This document shows positions 41,400 to 54,658 of a DNA stretch of 64,000 bases, piece by piece. This DNA is from Paecilomyces variotii (Eukaryota). Position numbers and translations under genes: made by a program. The stretch lies in NCBI GenBank assembly GCA_004022145.1, contig RCNU01000007.1; one strand, given 5' to 3'. Each line of letters starts with the position of its first letter. The stretch's first letter is position 1. The notes under the pieces are model-generated. The model was not told where the DNA came from. It saw only the letters and a list, made by a program, of their open reading frames with translations, and ran no database searches.

Positions 41400-41962
41400 A
41401 AGCTTCAGCAGGATATCCGGGTCTAGGAACATAACTATCAGATAGATTCCGGTGTTTTTTAGATAGCAATTAAGCAATAGAGAGTTTTTACCCTCACCTA
41501 CATGTTGAGCAGGAATCTTTGCGTCCGTGATCCAACGCTCGACACTTTGCAGCCTAGTAATCTACCGCTATATAGTATAACGGGAAGTTCTATAATATTC
41601 TGCCTACATAAATATATATACTGACCATGTGTCAGATCCCGCGGTTCCTACAGGGGCGAGCTGCAAACCTTCTGCGCTCCGCTGCTGTGTTCCCTATACA
41701 AACCGGATAGCAGCTGCAACGGGAAGCTACCTAGATCGACCTGCATGGAATCAATAAAGACGGGAGTAGAACCATGGAACAGTTTAATTAATTAGATATT
41801 CAGCTCAGCTCAGAACAGCCGACGCATTGGGATAGAGTCGAGGAGCATCATTAGCTGATAGATTCCGGTGTCAATTAGTTCTTCAAGCAATCCAGAGATC
41901 ATTCCCTTTTCATATGCTTTCTCAGAATCTTTGCTTCCGTGATCCTAGATCTTCACACCATG
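41400..41962 (+). pseudogene. Two diverged copies of a ~130-bp, formerly coding segment with TAG stops
   Basis: GATAGATTCCGGTGT at 41441 and 41857, followed by AAGCAAT and GAATCTTTGCnTCCGTGATCC in both copies; reads RV*EHNYQIDSGV versus RVEEHH*LIDSGV. Confidence 0.5.
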
Positions 41963-42103
41963 TAACTTATGCCCGTTAATTAGATTTAAATACCGTAGTT
42001 GACTAACCCCACCTGGCACTTTTGTGCTTCAGAATCAGATGGTCAGACTACAGGAAAAGAAGATATACTGACTTAAGTGTATCTATAAATAATGGCTCTG
42101 TTT

Positions 42104-42757
42104 CTAATCTAGAATTTCATCGAACTTGACGTTTCCATCTACGTCCTCTGAAACGGCAAAAGTCCGCCATCCAGCTGCTGGTACGGCAAAATGCTTATCG
42201 TCCATAATATGGGTGAGAATGCCACCATGAGAGACAATAACGATATCGCGCCGTCGATCTCCATTGCGATCCAACTCCTTGAACTGCTCGATCAAACGGC
42301 GTCGAACATTACGAGCCCGTTGATCGAGAGATTCTTTGTCCGGTGCATATGGCCCCTCTTTCACATACCAGTCTGTTGTCAATTTTGCCAGAGAGACGGT
42401 AGGGAAAGAAGCTTGTAACACTTTGATCTCGGATCCTGTGTCGCATGGTCGATCGGAGTGTGCCTGCAACTCCGGATCGAGAAGCAATGGAGCTCCATTT
42501 GGTATGCCTTCATTAGAACCCTGAATAAAGGCTTGCTGATCGATAATATCCCGGAACCCTTCGATCGCAGTATGAAGGGTGCGACGTAAAGGAGACGTGA
42601 TAACCAGGCCAACGTCCTGTTTGTAGGGAAATGTTTGGTTGAGTCTTTTCGATTGTTCGATTCCGTTGGGCGATAGTTCGGGATCGAGAATGGTTTTGTC
42701 GTGGTGGATGTTGTGGACTCCTTCCGCGTGTCGAATTATATGTACCCGGTTGACCAT
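42104..42757 (-). CDS. Histidine phosphatase / phosphoglycerate mutase-like protein (PMU1-like)
   Basis: IIRHAEGVHN, DPELSPNG, SPLRRTLHT, PCDTGS, IVIVSHGG. Confidence 0.88.
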   Translation of the reverse strand: MVNRVHIIRHAEGVHNIHHDKTILDPELSPNGIEQSKRLNQTFPYKQDVGLVITSPLRRTLHTAIEGFRDIIDQQAFIQGSNEGIPNGAPLLLDPELQAHSDRPCDTGSEIKVLQASFPTVSLAKLTTDWYVKEGPYAPDKESLDQRARNVRRRLIEQFKELDRNGDRRRDIVIVSHGGILTHIMDDKHFAVPAAGWRTFAVSEDVDGNVKFDEILD

Positions 42758-43210
42758 GACTGAGTGGTAGGTATGTACCTGATAATATCGAACTAATTGA
42801 AAGCCTGGCGTTCAGTATATATAGATCGTAGAGAAAGAAAATAACAGGAGAGGCTGGGAAAGACTTAAAGCCCTAGTAACTTATAATATGTGTCGCCGTT
42901 TAAGTATGCTATAATAATAATAATTCCAACCTCTATCCCGGTGTGAAAGCTAGTCGCATATAAAATGGCCTAAAATTACGGCCGTGTGCTTTTCAGAGGA
43001 TAATAGCAAGCCATTACGTGGTCACCGGAGCGGCCAAATGAATATTCTCCACCGTGGGTGTTAGCTGCGGCTGTCTATCTCTGCGATTGCGTGTGGAGCC
43101 TGGGATATCGCTGCTGAAGAGGGTGCAGAACATACTTACAGGGGAAGCAGGCAGGAGATTCATGTCTGGTCGACCAGGTGGGGTCTGGGATTCAAAGAGG
43201 ACACAGAAAG

Positions 43211-43262
<52 letters not shown>
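43211..43262 (+). repeat. Poly(A)52 tract
   Basis: Seen directly. Confidence 0.95.
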
Positions 43263-43265
<3 letters not shown>

Positions 43266-43629
43266 TCGAAGACGAAGAGACAGCAAGAGGCGAATTGATA
43301 TAGATTCAGCTCACAAGGAGAGCTGGAGTTGTCGAGAGAAGATGGGCTCGGTGCGTCCCTCTGAGATCTCGCTTGTGGGCCGCTACTGTGATAATCTGAC
43401 GTCCTGTATACTACTTCGGTAGGCCGTGGGCAGACGATCGCTCAACGCTAAAGAGTCCTACAGCAATTCGCGGTTCGCAGTGATTCTTTAAGATCAGAAA
43501 TTTGATCTACTGCTTGCAAATTGTACCGCATGATGGTTCTCTAACTGAAATTGCATCTACTCGAGGACCAAGAAAGAATTGAAGGAATGGAAGGTAACCT
43601 TCCGCCACTGCGGCATAAGTTGCATACTT

Positions 43630-44481
43630 ACACCATCCAGGTGAGATCTAGCGCGTGACGCGGTCGTTAATGTTAGACTATGTATAAAGGCCGATAACGG
43701 ATCATCCCTGAGATCAAACCGTAAGATATCATATTAGATATAGTCTAGGCTAGGCCGTGCTAATTTGATGCCTAATTTTTGTGCTCCAGATAGACGCTAG
43801 TTGAGTATCCTAGCTTACGTGTTTCTAGTTTCCTGTTAACTATCTCATGTGGCTATGCAAGATGCTAAGATTGGAATATATAAAAAGGGTTGGAAGTGGG
43901 CAGTGCTCATTAGAAGATCCGCAATCTTAGAAGTTATAGGGGACTATTCAGCTATGACGACCAGAGGAGAGAAACGAGATGGTCTTATCATGTCTAGTGT
44001 GTAATGTTAGGCGCGAGTTAGGATAGAACAATTGATATATTGGGTGTGAGGATGACGGTATGTCACTTTGACCTGGTGTAGGTGTATATTGACTGCCTAA
44101 ACTAATGCTGGGATATGGAAAAAGACGTGGACCTTATTCGAAAAAGAAGTCTCTCGAAAATAATTCAGACCAACCATGCTTCCCGCGTTGCAGAGGTGAT
44201 CTCTCTGCTGGGACCTCCGCTCGCTCGAATTCCTCAAACGGAGTGAAGACAGTTTTTTGAATTCTGGGATAAAAAACGGTACCTCAATCCATACAAGTAT
44301 CCGGTTCCCGTTAGTTACTAGTATGAAGCCTCAAGAGACCTGGTAAAACGCCGTTCCGAATGACAGAAAAATGTCTAGAAAGTTGCGAATCGCGCCTCGA
44401 GGGCGATAGTAAGAGATTTTTCCTGCAGTTTATATACGGAAAGTTCTACACTGGCTGATTACAGAGAGACCGACTGCGGGA
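43630..44481 (+). pseudogene. SRPK-like (CMGC) protein kinase pseudogene
   Basis: Fragments HPG, MLGAS*DRTIDIL, RVAEVISLLGPP/EFLKRSE..FWDKNG and LESCESRLEGDSKRFFLQF/IRKVLHW..ERPTA, with frameshifts and a TAG stop where W is expected. Confidence 0.65.
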
Positions 44482-45023
44482 GCTGATGAGCGGGTTCAGG
44501 GAAATGATTGTTGAACAAGGTGCATTTTAAGATATATTAGAGCTGATTTATTTCGATTCCTGTTGAAATAAATAGTTGTTTGTAATATTTTAGCGATTCA
44601 AGTAGGATAGAAACTCGGACCTTTTCACCTCCGATTTCAGTAATCAGAGCCACTACCTACCTATGTAAACTCCGCTTGCCTCGGCCCAATCTCCCCGCAC
44701 GCGTTAATAGGCGTATTTGGCTTTCTGAACAAATGCGTCATGTCTGACGATCTAGAATAAATGGATTAATCTGTAATAGCTTCGGGGGAATATTCAGTGC
44801 TGTGAGTAAACCATATGCCACGTCATCGAAGTATAACTTACTTATTATATGGGAGTTGTTTCTGAGAGGAGTTGGCTTTGCGGGGTAGAGATTATCTTGT
44901 CTATTTATTTCAAGAAACATCCTTCTCGTGATATTCTGTCGTAACAATATCTGGATATTTTGATCTACTAGTTCATCAATCACTGACTTGATTCTAAACG
45001 GAAACTGGAATAAACCTCCTATA

Positions 45024-45727
45024 ATGCCGCTATACGAGGTAATTATCAATCCGTTCCCTCGTCCCTTAAACCTTACCCATCTTCCAATTATTCCCATTGC
45101 CTACTTTCTAACTCCTCCTTCTGAGCTAGATCTATCATTCCACCCCCCTGACAACTATCCAAAAATCCCACCTGGCCCAATCCATCACATCCCTCCACAG
45201 CACAACATTCCGCACCCCCTCCCTCTTCGTAAATATTCGCTTCGTCGCCTCTGAGCCTGCTGGCGACTACTTCGTTGCCGGAAAGCCGACTCAGCCTACG
45301 TCTCCGAATCGCATCGTTGCGATGGTGCGTACGGGCGGGCCGGGACGGTCGAAGGAGACATTTGATGAGGTGGCGAGGAAGATCGAGGGAATTTGGGAGG
45401 ACGTTGTTGTCAACACGGACGGAGGAGAGAAGGGGAGGAAGTTGCATTTTATTGTCTTTACGACGATTTTGGCGGCGGTGGAGAATGGGGTTGTTATTCC
45501 GGGGGTGAGTCTGCATTTTCATGTCTTTCGTTTGTGGTTTTGGATGGTGTGCTGGATGGATTCCTGCTGATGATACGTATCTGCGATAGGCGGGTGAAGA
45601 GGGTACTTGGCTGAAGAGTAATATGGCTTATTTCAGAGAGCAGGCAGAGGTGGGTAGGGATGAACATTTCAGGGATATGCTGCAGGAGATAGAGGAGAGG
45701 GAGGATTTGAAGGGTTTGGTGTTGTGA
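45024..45727 (+). CDS. Tautomerase superfamily protein (cis-CaaD-like, Pro1)
   Basis: MPLYE|IYHSTPLTTIQKSHLAQSITSLHSTTFRTPSLFVNIRF...YFVAGK...NRIVAMVRTG...ENGVVIPG|AGEEGTWLKSN; 2 GT-AG introns; split across frames in the ORF track. Confidence 0.82.
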
Positions 45728-45996
45728 TTGGTATATAGAGTATCGATCTATCATGTCTATCGGAAATAATATTTTAGTAAAATATATGACCCTCTCTAGA
45801 AATCGAACTGCAAGAGATGCATATTGCGCGCTGTGAGATTCTATAGATGAGACGGGGGACTCCGGAATCACGCCAAATGTGACGTTGCGATGCGAAATGT
45901 AACTGCTAATGAGATTACTCCTCGTCGTCGGCCTGCTGATTTCCCGGTGACTTCGGAAATAGCAATGGTTCTTGATGTCTGGTCAGTACAATATTC

Positions 45997-47524
45997 TCAG
46001 CTTGCACGGGACAACTTACCATCTTCTTGCGGTTCTTCTCCCGGCTTATTGGCTGAAGGTATGGCGTGGTATACAGCAGGCTCAAACATGGCGTTGATCT
46101 CCTCCAGCGTCTTGCGCGCGGTTTCCTTAACGCAAAAGTAAACGAAGGCGAAAATGAACACGTCAAATATTCCGAACAGAAGAAACGTCGCCCATCCCAG
46201 GCCGGACATGATATAAGGAGTGCTGAACGACCAGACAAAATTGAACAGCCATTGTGAGCCAACGCCCAGAGCGACGCCTGGCTCTCGGATGCGTGTTGGG
46301 AAGATCTCCGATGTGCATGGCCATGGGAGCGGGCCCCATGATAGATTGTAAATGCAGATGTCGAGGTAGATGAGCGAGACAGTAAGAATCCCAGCGGGTG
46401 TAATGTGTCCATCACCTGGTGGCTGATGCGTCTTGACCACCGCGGAAATAACAAGCATACACACGCACATCAATGCTGCTCCCACCATGAGGACTGGACG
46501 GCGGCCAAACCTGTCAGAGATGAAAAAGACAAAGATGCCACATGAAATGACCTTGATGGCACCGAAGAATCCAGTCAGCAGCAGGTCCTGGTCACCTGGG
46601 CCTGTGAGAAGTGAGAAGAATTGCGGTCCAAAGTACGCCAGCGCTGTCGACCCTGTCGACTGTTGAGCCATGAAAAACCCAAATCCAATGAGTAGCCTGT
46701 GAGCGTTGTGCCATTCGAATAATTCCTTCAGGCTGAGTCCGGCCATGACGCGTCTCTCCTCTTCTGCGCCTTGCTTCATCTCCATGAGCTCCGTCTCAAC
46801 TATCTCGGAGTCACTAGCACGGAGCCACACGAGACTCCTCCATGCTTCGTCGTAGCGTCCGTTGGCCACCAACCATCGCACACTCTCCTCCAGGGTCAGC
46901 ACGCCGAGGCCCATCAGTGCGCCCGGGACGATCTGGAGGCCAATTGGGATCTGCCATTGAATTGCCGATGGCTTCATATATTTAACGCCGTAATCAATCC
47001 AGTAGGATGCGAGAATACCAATGGTGAACGAAAACTGGTAGCAACTACCTAGTCGACCGCGAATATCCTTTGGTGATGACTCGGCCATGTAGATTGGCGC
47101 GACTGTCGAAGAGCCTCCGATACCAAGTCCACAAATGACACGGCCAAGGTAGAACGCTGAGATGGAATGCGTATTGAGTGTCTCAAGCACAACCCCAATG
47201 CAGAAAATGAGCGAACACGCCATGATTGCTGGCTTTCTTCCATATCGATTGGTAACCGGCCAGATGGCGAAACAGCCCACCAGAGCACCAGCCTGCTGGA
47301 TGCCCACAGCGATCGAGCTGACTCGAGTTGCTTCCGACTTTGCATAGCTGAAATCATTCGCAAACTGTTCGAATGTTAAAACTCCGCCTGGGCAAATGTC
47401 AGCGATGAACATCAATACAGAACGGGGGCTACATGCCTATTACTCCAGAGTCATAGCCATATAACATCCCTCCACAGCACAGGACTGCAGCCAGCCAATA
47501 GATGCGAAAGCTCTCCAGCTTCAT
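45997..47524 (-). CDS. MFS sugar-porter family transporter (quinate permease-like)
   Basis: GYDSGVIG|G, RYGRK, ESSPKDIRGRL, ESVRWL, QQSTG, DRFGRR, SWGPLPW, EIFPTRIR, KETARKTLEE; first intron is GC-AG (47388-47436). Confidence 0.92.
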
Positions 47525-47884
47525 TTTAGCGATCAGATAGATCTCTACCCGGATTACTGGCCAGAATTAGCCTTCATGCAACGGTGGTCGACAACAAGGA
47601 AGCGACTAAAGCTGGTCGCATCGCAAGTTGCTTCGACGCTGACTCCGACGGCCTTAAATGCGAGACGGCGACATAGGATCACTCTTGATATAGCACGTTG
47701 ATGCTTGTTACCTTCTACCTTCACATCTGCATTTGTTCCCGACAAATGTTTAAGCGACTTGCTCAGATCATGTCCCGTATTTGATGCGATAAAGGGGCCA
47801 TATCTGATCCGGGCATCGGTTAGTTATGTCATCGAGATAGCGTCGCGTCGATCCACGCGGCCCATCGCATTCCATTTGTCTTTG

Positions 47885-47900
47885 CAGCCGACGGCCGATG
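47885..47900. promoter_or_regulatory. 16-mer CAGCCGACGGCCGATG upstream of the MFS transporter (copy 1)
   Basis: Identical to 52336-52351; contains CCG/CGG triplets. Confidence 0.4.
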
Positions 47901-48677
47901 TCGATTTAGAGCTGATGTTGCAAGATCGTGGGGGAAGCACGCCAGCTTGTTTCATCTTCGCAGCGCATTCGTAAGCTTATCATAAGTTATGGTAGATCCG
48001 ATACGCGTGGCTTGACTGGGTCAAAGAAAGACATCATCTGAGGTACCCAGCAAGTATGTACTTAGCCATTCACCGTTGATCATTCATCCATCAAGTATCG
48101 AGGATTGGAGCAGCACCCCGTCCTTGTCTGACTGTGTCAAATATCCGTGAAGAGTCCTCGTGGCTTTGTGAATTGTGAAGTGACTTGGCCAAAAGACGGA
48201 GGTCTCCGCAGTGGATGAAACCGTGAAGCAGCTCGATGAAGATCGACCCACTACAGATATATCTCCTACTTCTTCCTCCTTAACTATTTTATTTTCATAA
48301 CCATTCATACACAGGACTCCTGCGTATATGAGAACTCCAGAAAGAACTTCATCAGTAGTACGATATATACACCTTATGTGCCTTTATATACACGCTTCTG
48401 CAATCAATCTATCCCCAATAGATGTCGTTAAGCCATTCAAGATAATCCTTAGAAGGAAATTGAAAGCAACGTGGTTCTTGATGCAATCGCGAAACTATGA
48501 TATATACAGCACTTCCAGCTCACTGGTGGTGATTGTTTTGCTACCGCTCCTAGGGAGGAGAATTTCTTCCACGGTCACATCACCACCACTATTGTCGTCA
48601 TCACTGCCTGTCATACAGTGATAGAATAGCCTTATCTATTCAATTGTAATTCCAGTCCCTCAATTGATTGTACGACA

Positions 48678-49380
48678 ATGGCCTCTCGAAAGGGAGACCC
48701 CTCAAAGAAAGGAGGCAATTCCAATTTGCCGTCCAAAGGTACGGTAAGTTCAGGGTCAAGGAATCTAAGCTCTCGCATATTTGACTAATAGTCTAACAAA
48801 ATCATCAACCAGGGGCTTGCCCTATTAATTGGTACTATGTCCATTAAGATCTGGAACCCCTATCATCAGCTCAGATGTTTGAACTCATTTCTTCGTTCCT
48901 TTCCTTCTTTGCCTGTTTGTACGGGTGTTTTCGTGGGGCTCCCACAGCCGTCAAGACTAGTATCCTCTTTTCATCACAACCGCAAATAAGTTCACCATTT
49001 CCTTATTGATCCCTATATATCGGATCTAGAGATTCTGCTAGTTTGAACCTAAATATGAGAGCTGCTGTTGTTGGTTGTCTTGTCCTCTACTTGAGAGTCA
49101 TCGTGAACAAAGCCAAAAATATGTTGACGACCACGGGAATATTGTATCCGACACCCATATCATTTTATAGCACAACAGACGTTCGACCAGGATTATGCTA
49201 AGTGGAAGCAAGAGCGACAAGCATAGGAATGGAATCTCTTTATCGCCAACAGGAGTCACCCTGGTATAATCTGGCCGCAAGGAACTACGACCCGCAACGC
49301 TGAATCCGTCGATAGGGAGGAGGCCATATAGGATGAGGAATGGGACGGTTTCGGACAGACGAAGGCCAAGACTAATGAGG
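48678..49380 (+). pseudogene. Possible decayed orphan gene
   Basis: MASRKGDPSKKGGNSNLPSK followed by a GTACGG donor; downstream QQTFDQDYAKWKQERQA*EW...EEAI*DEEWDGFG with TAG stops. Confidence 0.3.
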
Positions 49381-50012
49381 TCTTCGCGTGGCTATGGCGT
49401 TTCTCTACTTTAAAAGTTTTTTATTTGTGACCAAACAACGAGGACGTTGTTTTTCTCAAACGGGGGGAGCTGGCCCTGATTCTGCCAGGGCTCATCGCCC
49501 CTACAGTATTTAGGCAGCTACAACAGTATCTTAATAGGATCATCACTTGACACCTTGCTTTCATGGCATCATCCGGGTCTAGCCCGACCATCTCCATAAC
49601 AGTACCTCCAAAACATACTCCTATGTTGATGAAAACGGCGCGATGACATCGGAGAGCCGTGCCGGGCTGTCTGGTTTTGCTCAGGAGGGATAGGGTAGAT
49701 ATAAACTAGTTGCAGAGACTCTGGGCGACGTCTATCGGGATCTATTATCTTCATCAGAATTCTGCACTATCCTCGTTAAAATTAGATTACTAACGTTGTC
49801 CTGATTCATCCCCATCCCAAGCACGATGAAGTGACTCCGATGTTCAAAAGTTTCTGGTACATCACTCTCCGAAGCGTCAGCTCTACATAGATCTCGACGC
49901 ATATGGCACAGGATTCTCCGCGGTAGACCACTTCGAGTTTACCGAATACCTTCCAGCCTCACTGAAACCTTCCCGTCTTTTAAGAATATAAATTCTCATC
50001 CATATAGGAAAC

Positions 50013-50207
50013 TTACTTGATATCAAGATCTAGAGGGGAAGCTTCTCCCAATTCAACTGAAACGTGTGGGTCGGAATCCCTCCTACGGCATCTCCACCGT
50101 CGAATGCGATTCCATACCTCGTTCGCTTTTTCGATGAACCAAACCGTGGTGCTGAAGATGGCGCAGATCGCACCAACTTTAATGGTGATTGTCCAAAATG
50201 GAGTCAT
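50013..50207 (-). CDS. Small single-TM orphan protein (64 aa)
   Basis: MTPFWTITIKVGAICAIFSTTVWF hydrophobic segment followed by the basic RIRRWRCRRR. Confidence 0.4.
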   Translation of the reverse strand: MTPFWTITIKVGAICAIFSTTVWFIEKANEVWNRIRRWRCRRRDSDPHVSVELGEASPLDLDIK

Positions 50208-50814
50208 TGTGAGAGCAGAGTAGAATTCACACAGTAAGGGAGCAGGGACAAGGAAATGGGTACTTGAGAGGGGAAAAGAAAGAGAAACAAGCTGCATGGC
50301 TGGGGATTATTAAATAGCGTTGGTAAACACTACATTCAAGGCAATATTTGGGAAGGAACCTTTTAGATCTGGTTGTGGATGGAAAGAAAGGATGGGGAAT
50401 TAAGATGGAAAGAACGCCTGATAGAAAAAATGCAGGACCAACACAGCGGGAAACAGTGAGCAAGCATCCTCCGAGGATCAAGCAGTGCGTATAGATAATG
50501 CCAGAGTACCGGTGTTCTGAAATATAGGATTCTCTGAGGTCGTGTTGGACTTAAGGGGCACGCGTTTCACTGGCAATTAATCTACTCATACATAACACGT
50601 CCAGCTTAGAATCGATGGCTGAAACTTGCAAGTAGCACACAAATTGCCTTCGTTTTGACCAAGCCATTTATAGGGATAAAATCAAGATCGGTTTTACTGG
50701 GCTTCGCATATCATCCCTTACATTTCTACAAGAGAGGAAAACAACAATAGAACTGGTTTCGAATCTGTCAATCCATATACACATCAGAAGCAAGCGATAG
50801 CAAGATGAAAAATC

Positions 50815-51798
50815 TCAATGGTGACTAAAAGCGCACCAATCTCTATCAGGCCATTTGTTGACTCCTAGACGCCGACGGACAAATATACTGAAACTATACA
50901 TATGTATCGGCTTGTTGTCCCTTCTTGTTTCAAAGCTTGCAGTCAAGGGAAAACCTGAGAAGCTCGAACCAGCCTCAATGAAGAACTGCCTTATCCATTT
51001 CTTAGGGCTCTTGAATGGGCATATTGAAGTGGTTTTCACAGCCCTGCACAAGGCTTGTGGAGTCTTTTCTGGAAGTATTTTCGGTTCGAATTCATACCAG
51101 GCATGGAGATAGAGACCGCCCTTATTGATATGAAGCAATGTAAGGATTCTCACCTTGGCCAGACGATGCTTGTCAAAGTGGCAAACGTGTGTAACGAATG
51201 GACGTTTATCAAGATGCCTCAGCGTCAGAATCTTACTATAGTAAGCTTTAAAACCATCAGGATCTTTAAGAGATCTTCTGAAATCCTCCATCAGGTGGAG
51301 CTTATTGCGGAATGTGATAGTAAGGCAAGGACAAATATCCATCTGTCCAGCGACCAGCATGCAGCCATATCGTCCATAAAGTTGTAGATTTCCAGGATAT
51401 GTCTCTGAGAAAATGTATGGAGAAATAAATAACCGCAGGAAACACCTGTACCATGCCGAACGTGGGTGGAGGTTCCAACATTCATAACAATATTCCCAGC
51501 GTTCATTTCGAAGCTGGCGGAGTAGGTGTATTCTAGGACGGCTCTCTATCTCAGCATTACGGCATAATATTGGCCGTATTTCGCGTGGAAGGAGCTCACG
51601 CAGGCTTGTTCCTCGGGCCTTGAGAAAGAAGAAGTAATAAGCGTATAAATGTTTGCAGCTCAAAGATAAGCATATTTGGTCTGGTGTTGAAAGGAGATCG
51701 AAGATTATATCCAGTATCTTTGATGGAATCTCCGTGATAAACGTTAAGTCCTGCCGTTGGAGTACGGATTTTGTTATAAAGCGACGTATCCTATCCAT
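50815..51798 (-). CDS. F-box-like domain protein, intronless
   Basis: EIPSKILDIIFDLLSTPDQICLSLSCKHLY; WEYCYECWNLHP; DICPCLTITF. Confidence 0.72.
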   Translation of the reverse strand: MDRIRRFITKSVLQRQDLTFITEIPSKILDIIFDLLSTPDQICLSLSCKHLYAYYFFFLKARGTSLRELLPREIRPILCRNAEIESRPRIHLLRQLRNERWEYCYECWNLHPRSAWYRCFLRLFISPYIFSETYPGNLQLYGRYGCMLVAGQMDICPCLTITFRNKLHLMEDFRRSLKDPDGFKAYYSKILTLRHLDKRPFVTHVCHFDKHRLAKVRILTLLHINKGGLYLHAWYEFEPKILPEKTPQALCRAVKTTSICPFKSPKKWIRQFFIEAGSSFSGFPLTASFETRRDNKPIHMYSFSIFVRRRLGVNKWPDRDWCAFSHH

Positions 51799-52330
51799 CT
51801 TGGTTGTTTGAGGCTGATGCTAAGGAATAGTCGAGGCAGAGAAAAGGCCTGATAGAACAGACCCTTCCGCTTACTAGGCAGATATGGGAGACTTCCACAG
51901 ATCTTAAGTCATTCTTGCGTGATCCTTAAGCTTTTTTCGAAGGATTAAGTAGTAATGACAACCTCGCTTTCCAAGGCGGTCTTTCTAGACTATAAGCTAT
52001 TCTTTCATTATATATACCAACCAATTTAGAGAGGTTAATGCTTTATTTGTGAGGCCTATAGAATGACTTATTCAGGCCAAGTTTATAATCTGTCAGAACA
52101 TAATAATTCCTTTATCATCATCCGTTAACGTTAAAAGACACCGCTTTTGGGTCATTCACCGCTCTTGACCCGTCTTGGAGGTAAGTATTTATTCCGGCAT
52201 TGAGTACTGAGTACTTCAAGCTACCTATATTGCACAGATCACATAAGCACGCAATTATAGAAGTGAATGACTGATATATCTAACTATTTCAAGAAGGGGA
52301 TGTAAACAGTCTAGATGCTTGCGTCAAATA

Positions 52331-52357
52331 GCCGACAGCCGACGGCCGATGGCCGAC
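52331..52357. promoter_or_regulatory. Four GCCGA units at 7-nt period upstream of the arylsulfatase, including the shared 16-mer (copy 2)
   Basis: gccgaca gccgacg gccgatg gccgac; TATAAA at ~52471. Confidence 0.4.
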
Positions 52358-52582
52358 CAGCAGCCTTAGGCCCTCACTCGAGACAGCTGCGACGTGGACA
52401 CGACGACGATCATGGCAGGTGGGTTGGATCTCTGAGGATGAAGAGTACCTAGTGATCAGTTAAGCTCGAGTATAAAGATGGAGCTTCGTCCCCTGAAGAT
52501 GTGCTTCCGGAACCGCGACAAGTCGATCTCCCAGGGAAGTTCTATGAACAACGCCCTGCTTGTCATTGATTGGTTACTTTAA

Positions 52583-54509
<1,927 letters not shown>

Positions 54510-54658
54510 ACGACTACGGGCCTTCTGTTAATATGAAGCCAAAGTCGCCTGCTCGTTATGTCTTATGAAGCTTATTGTAGCAAAATACCCACGAATGCAA
54601 GTCATGTATTGGAAGGTACGAATTCACTACTGATGCTAGGCCGTCTCCTGGAATCAAT

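Noticed and set aside
38200-52300. Starship giant transposon as the explanation for the accessory island
   Set aside because: No DUF3435 tyrosine-recombinase captain or clear boundary repeats are visible in this window.
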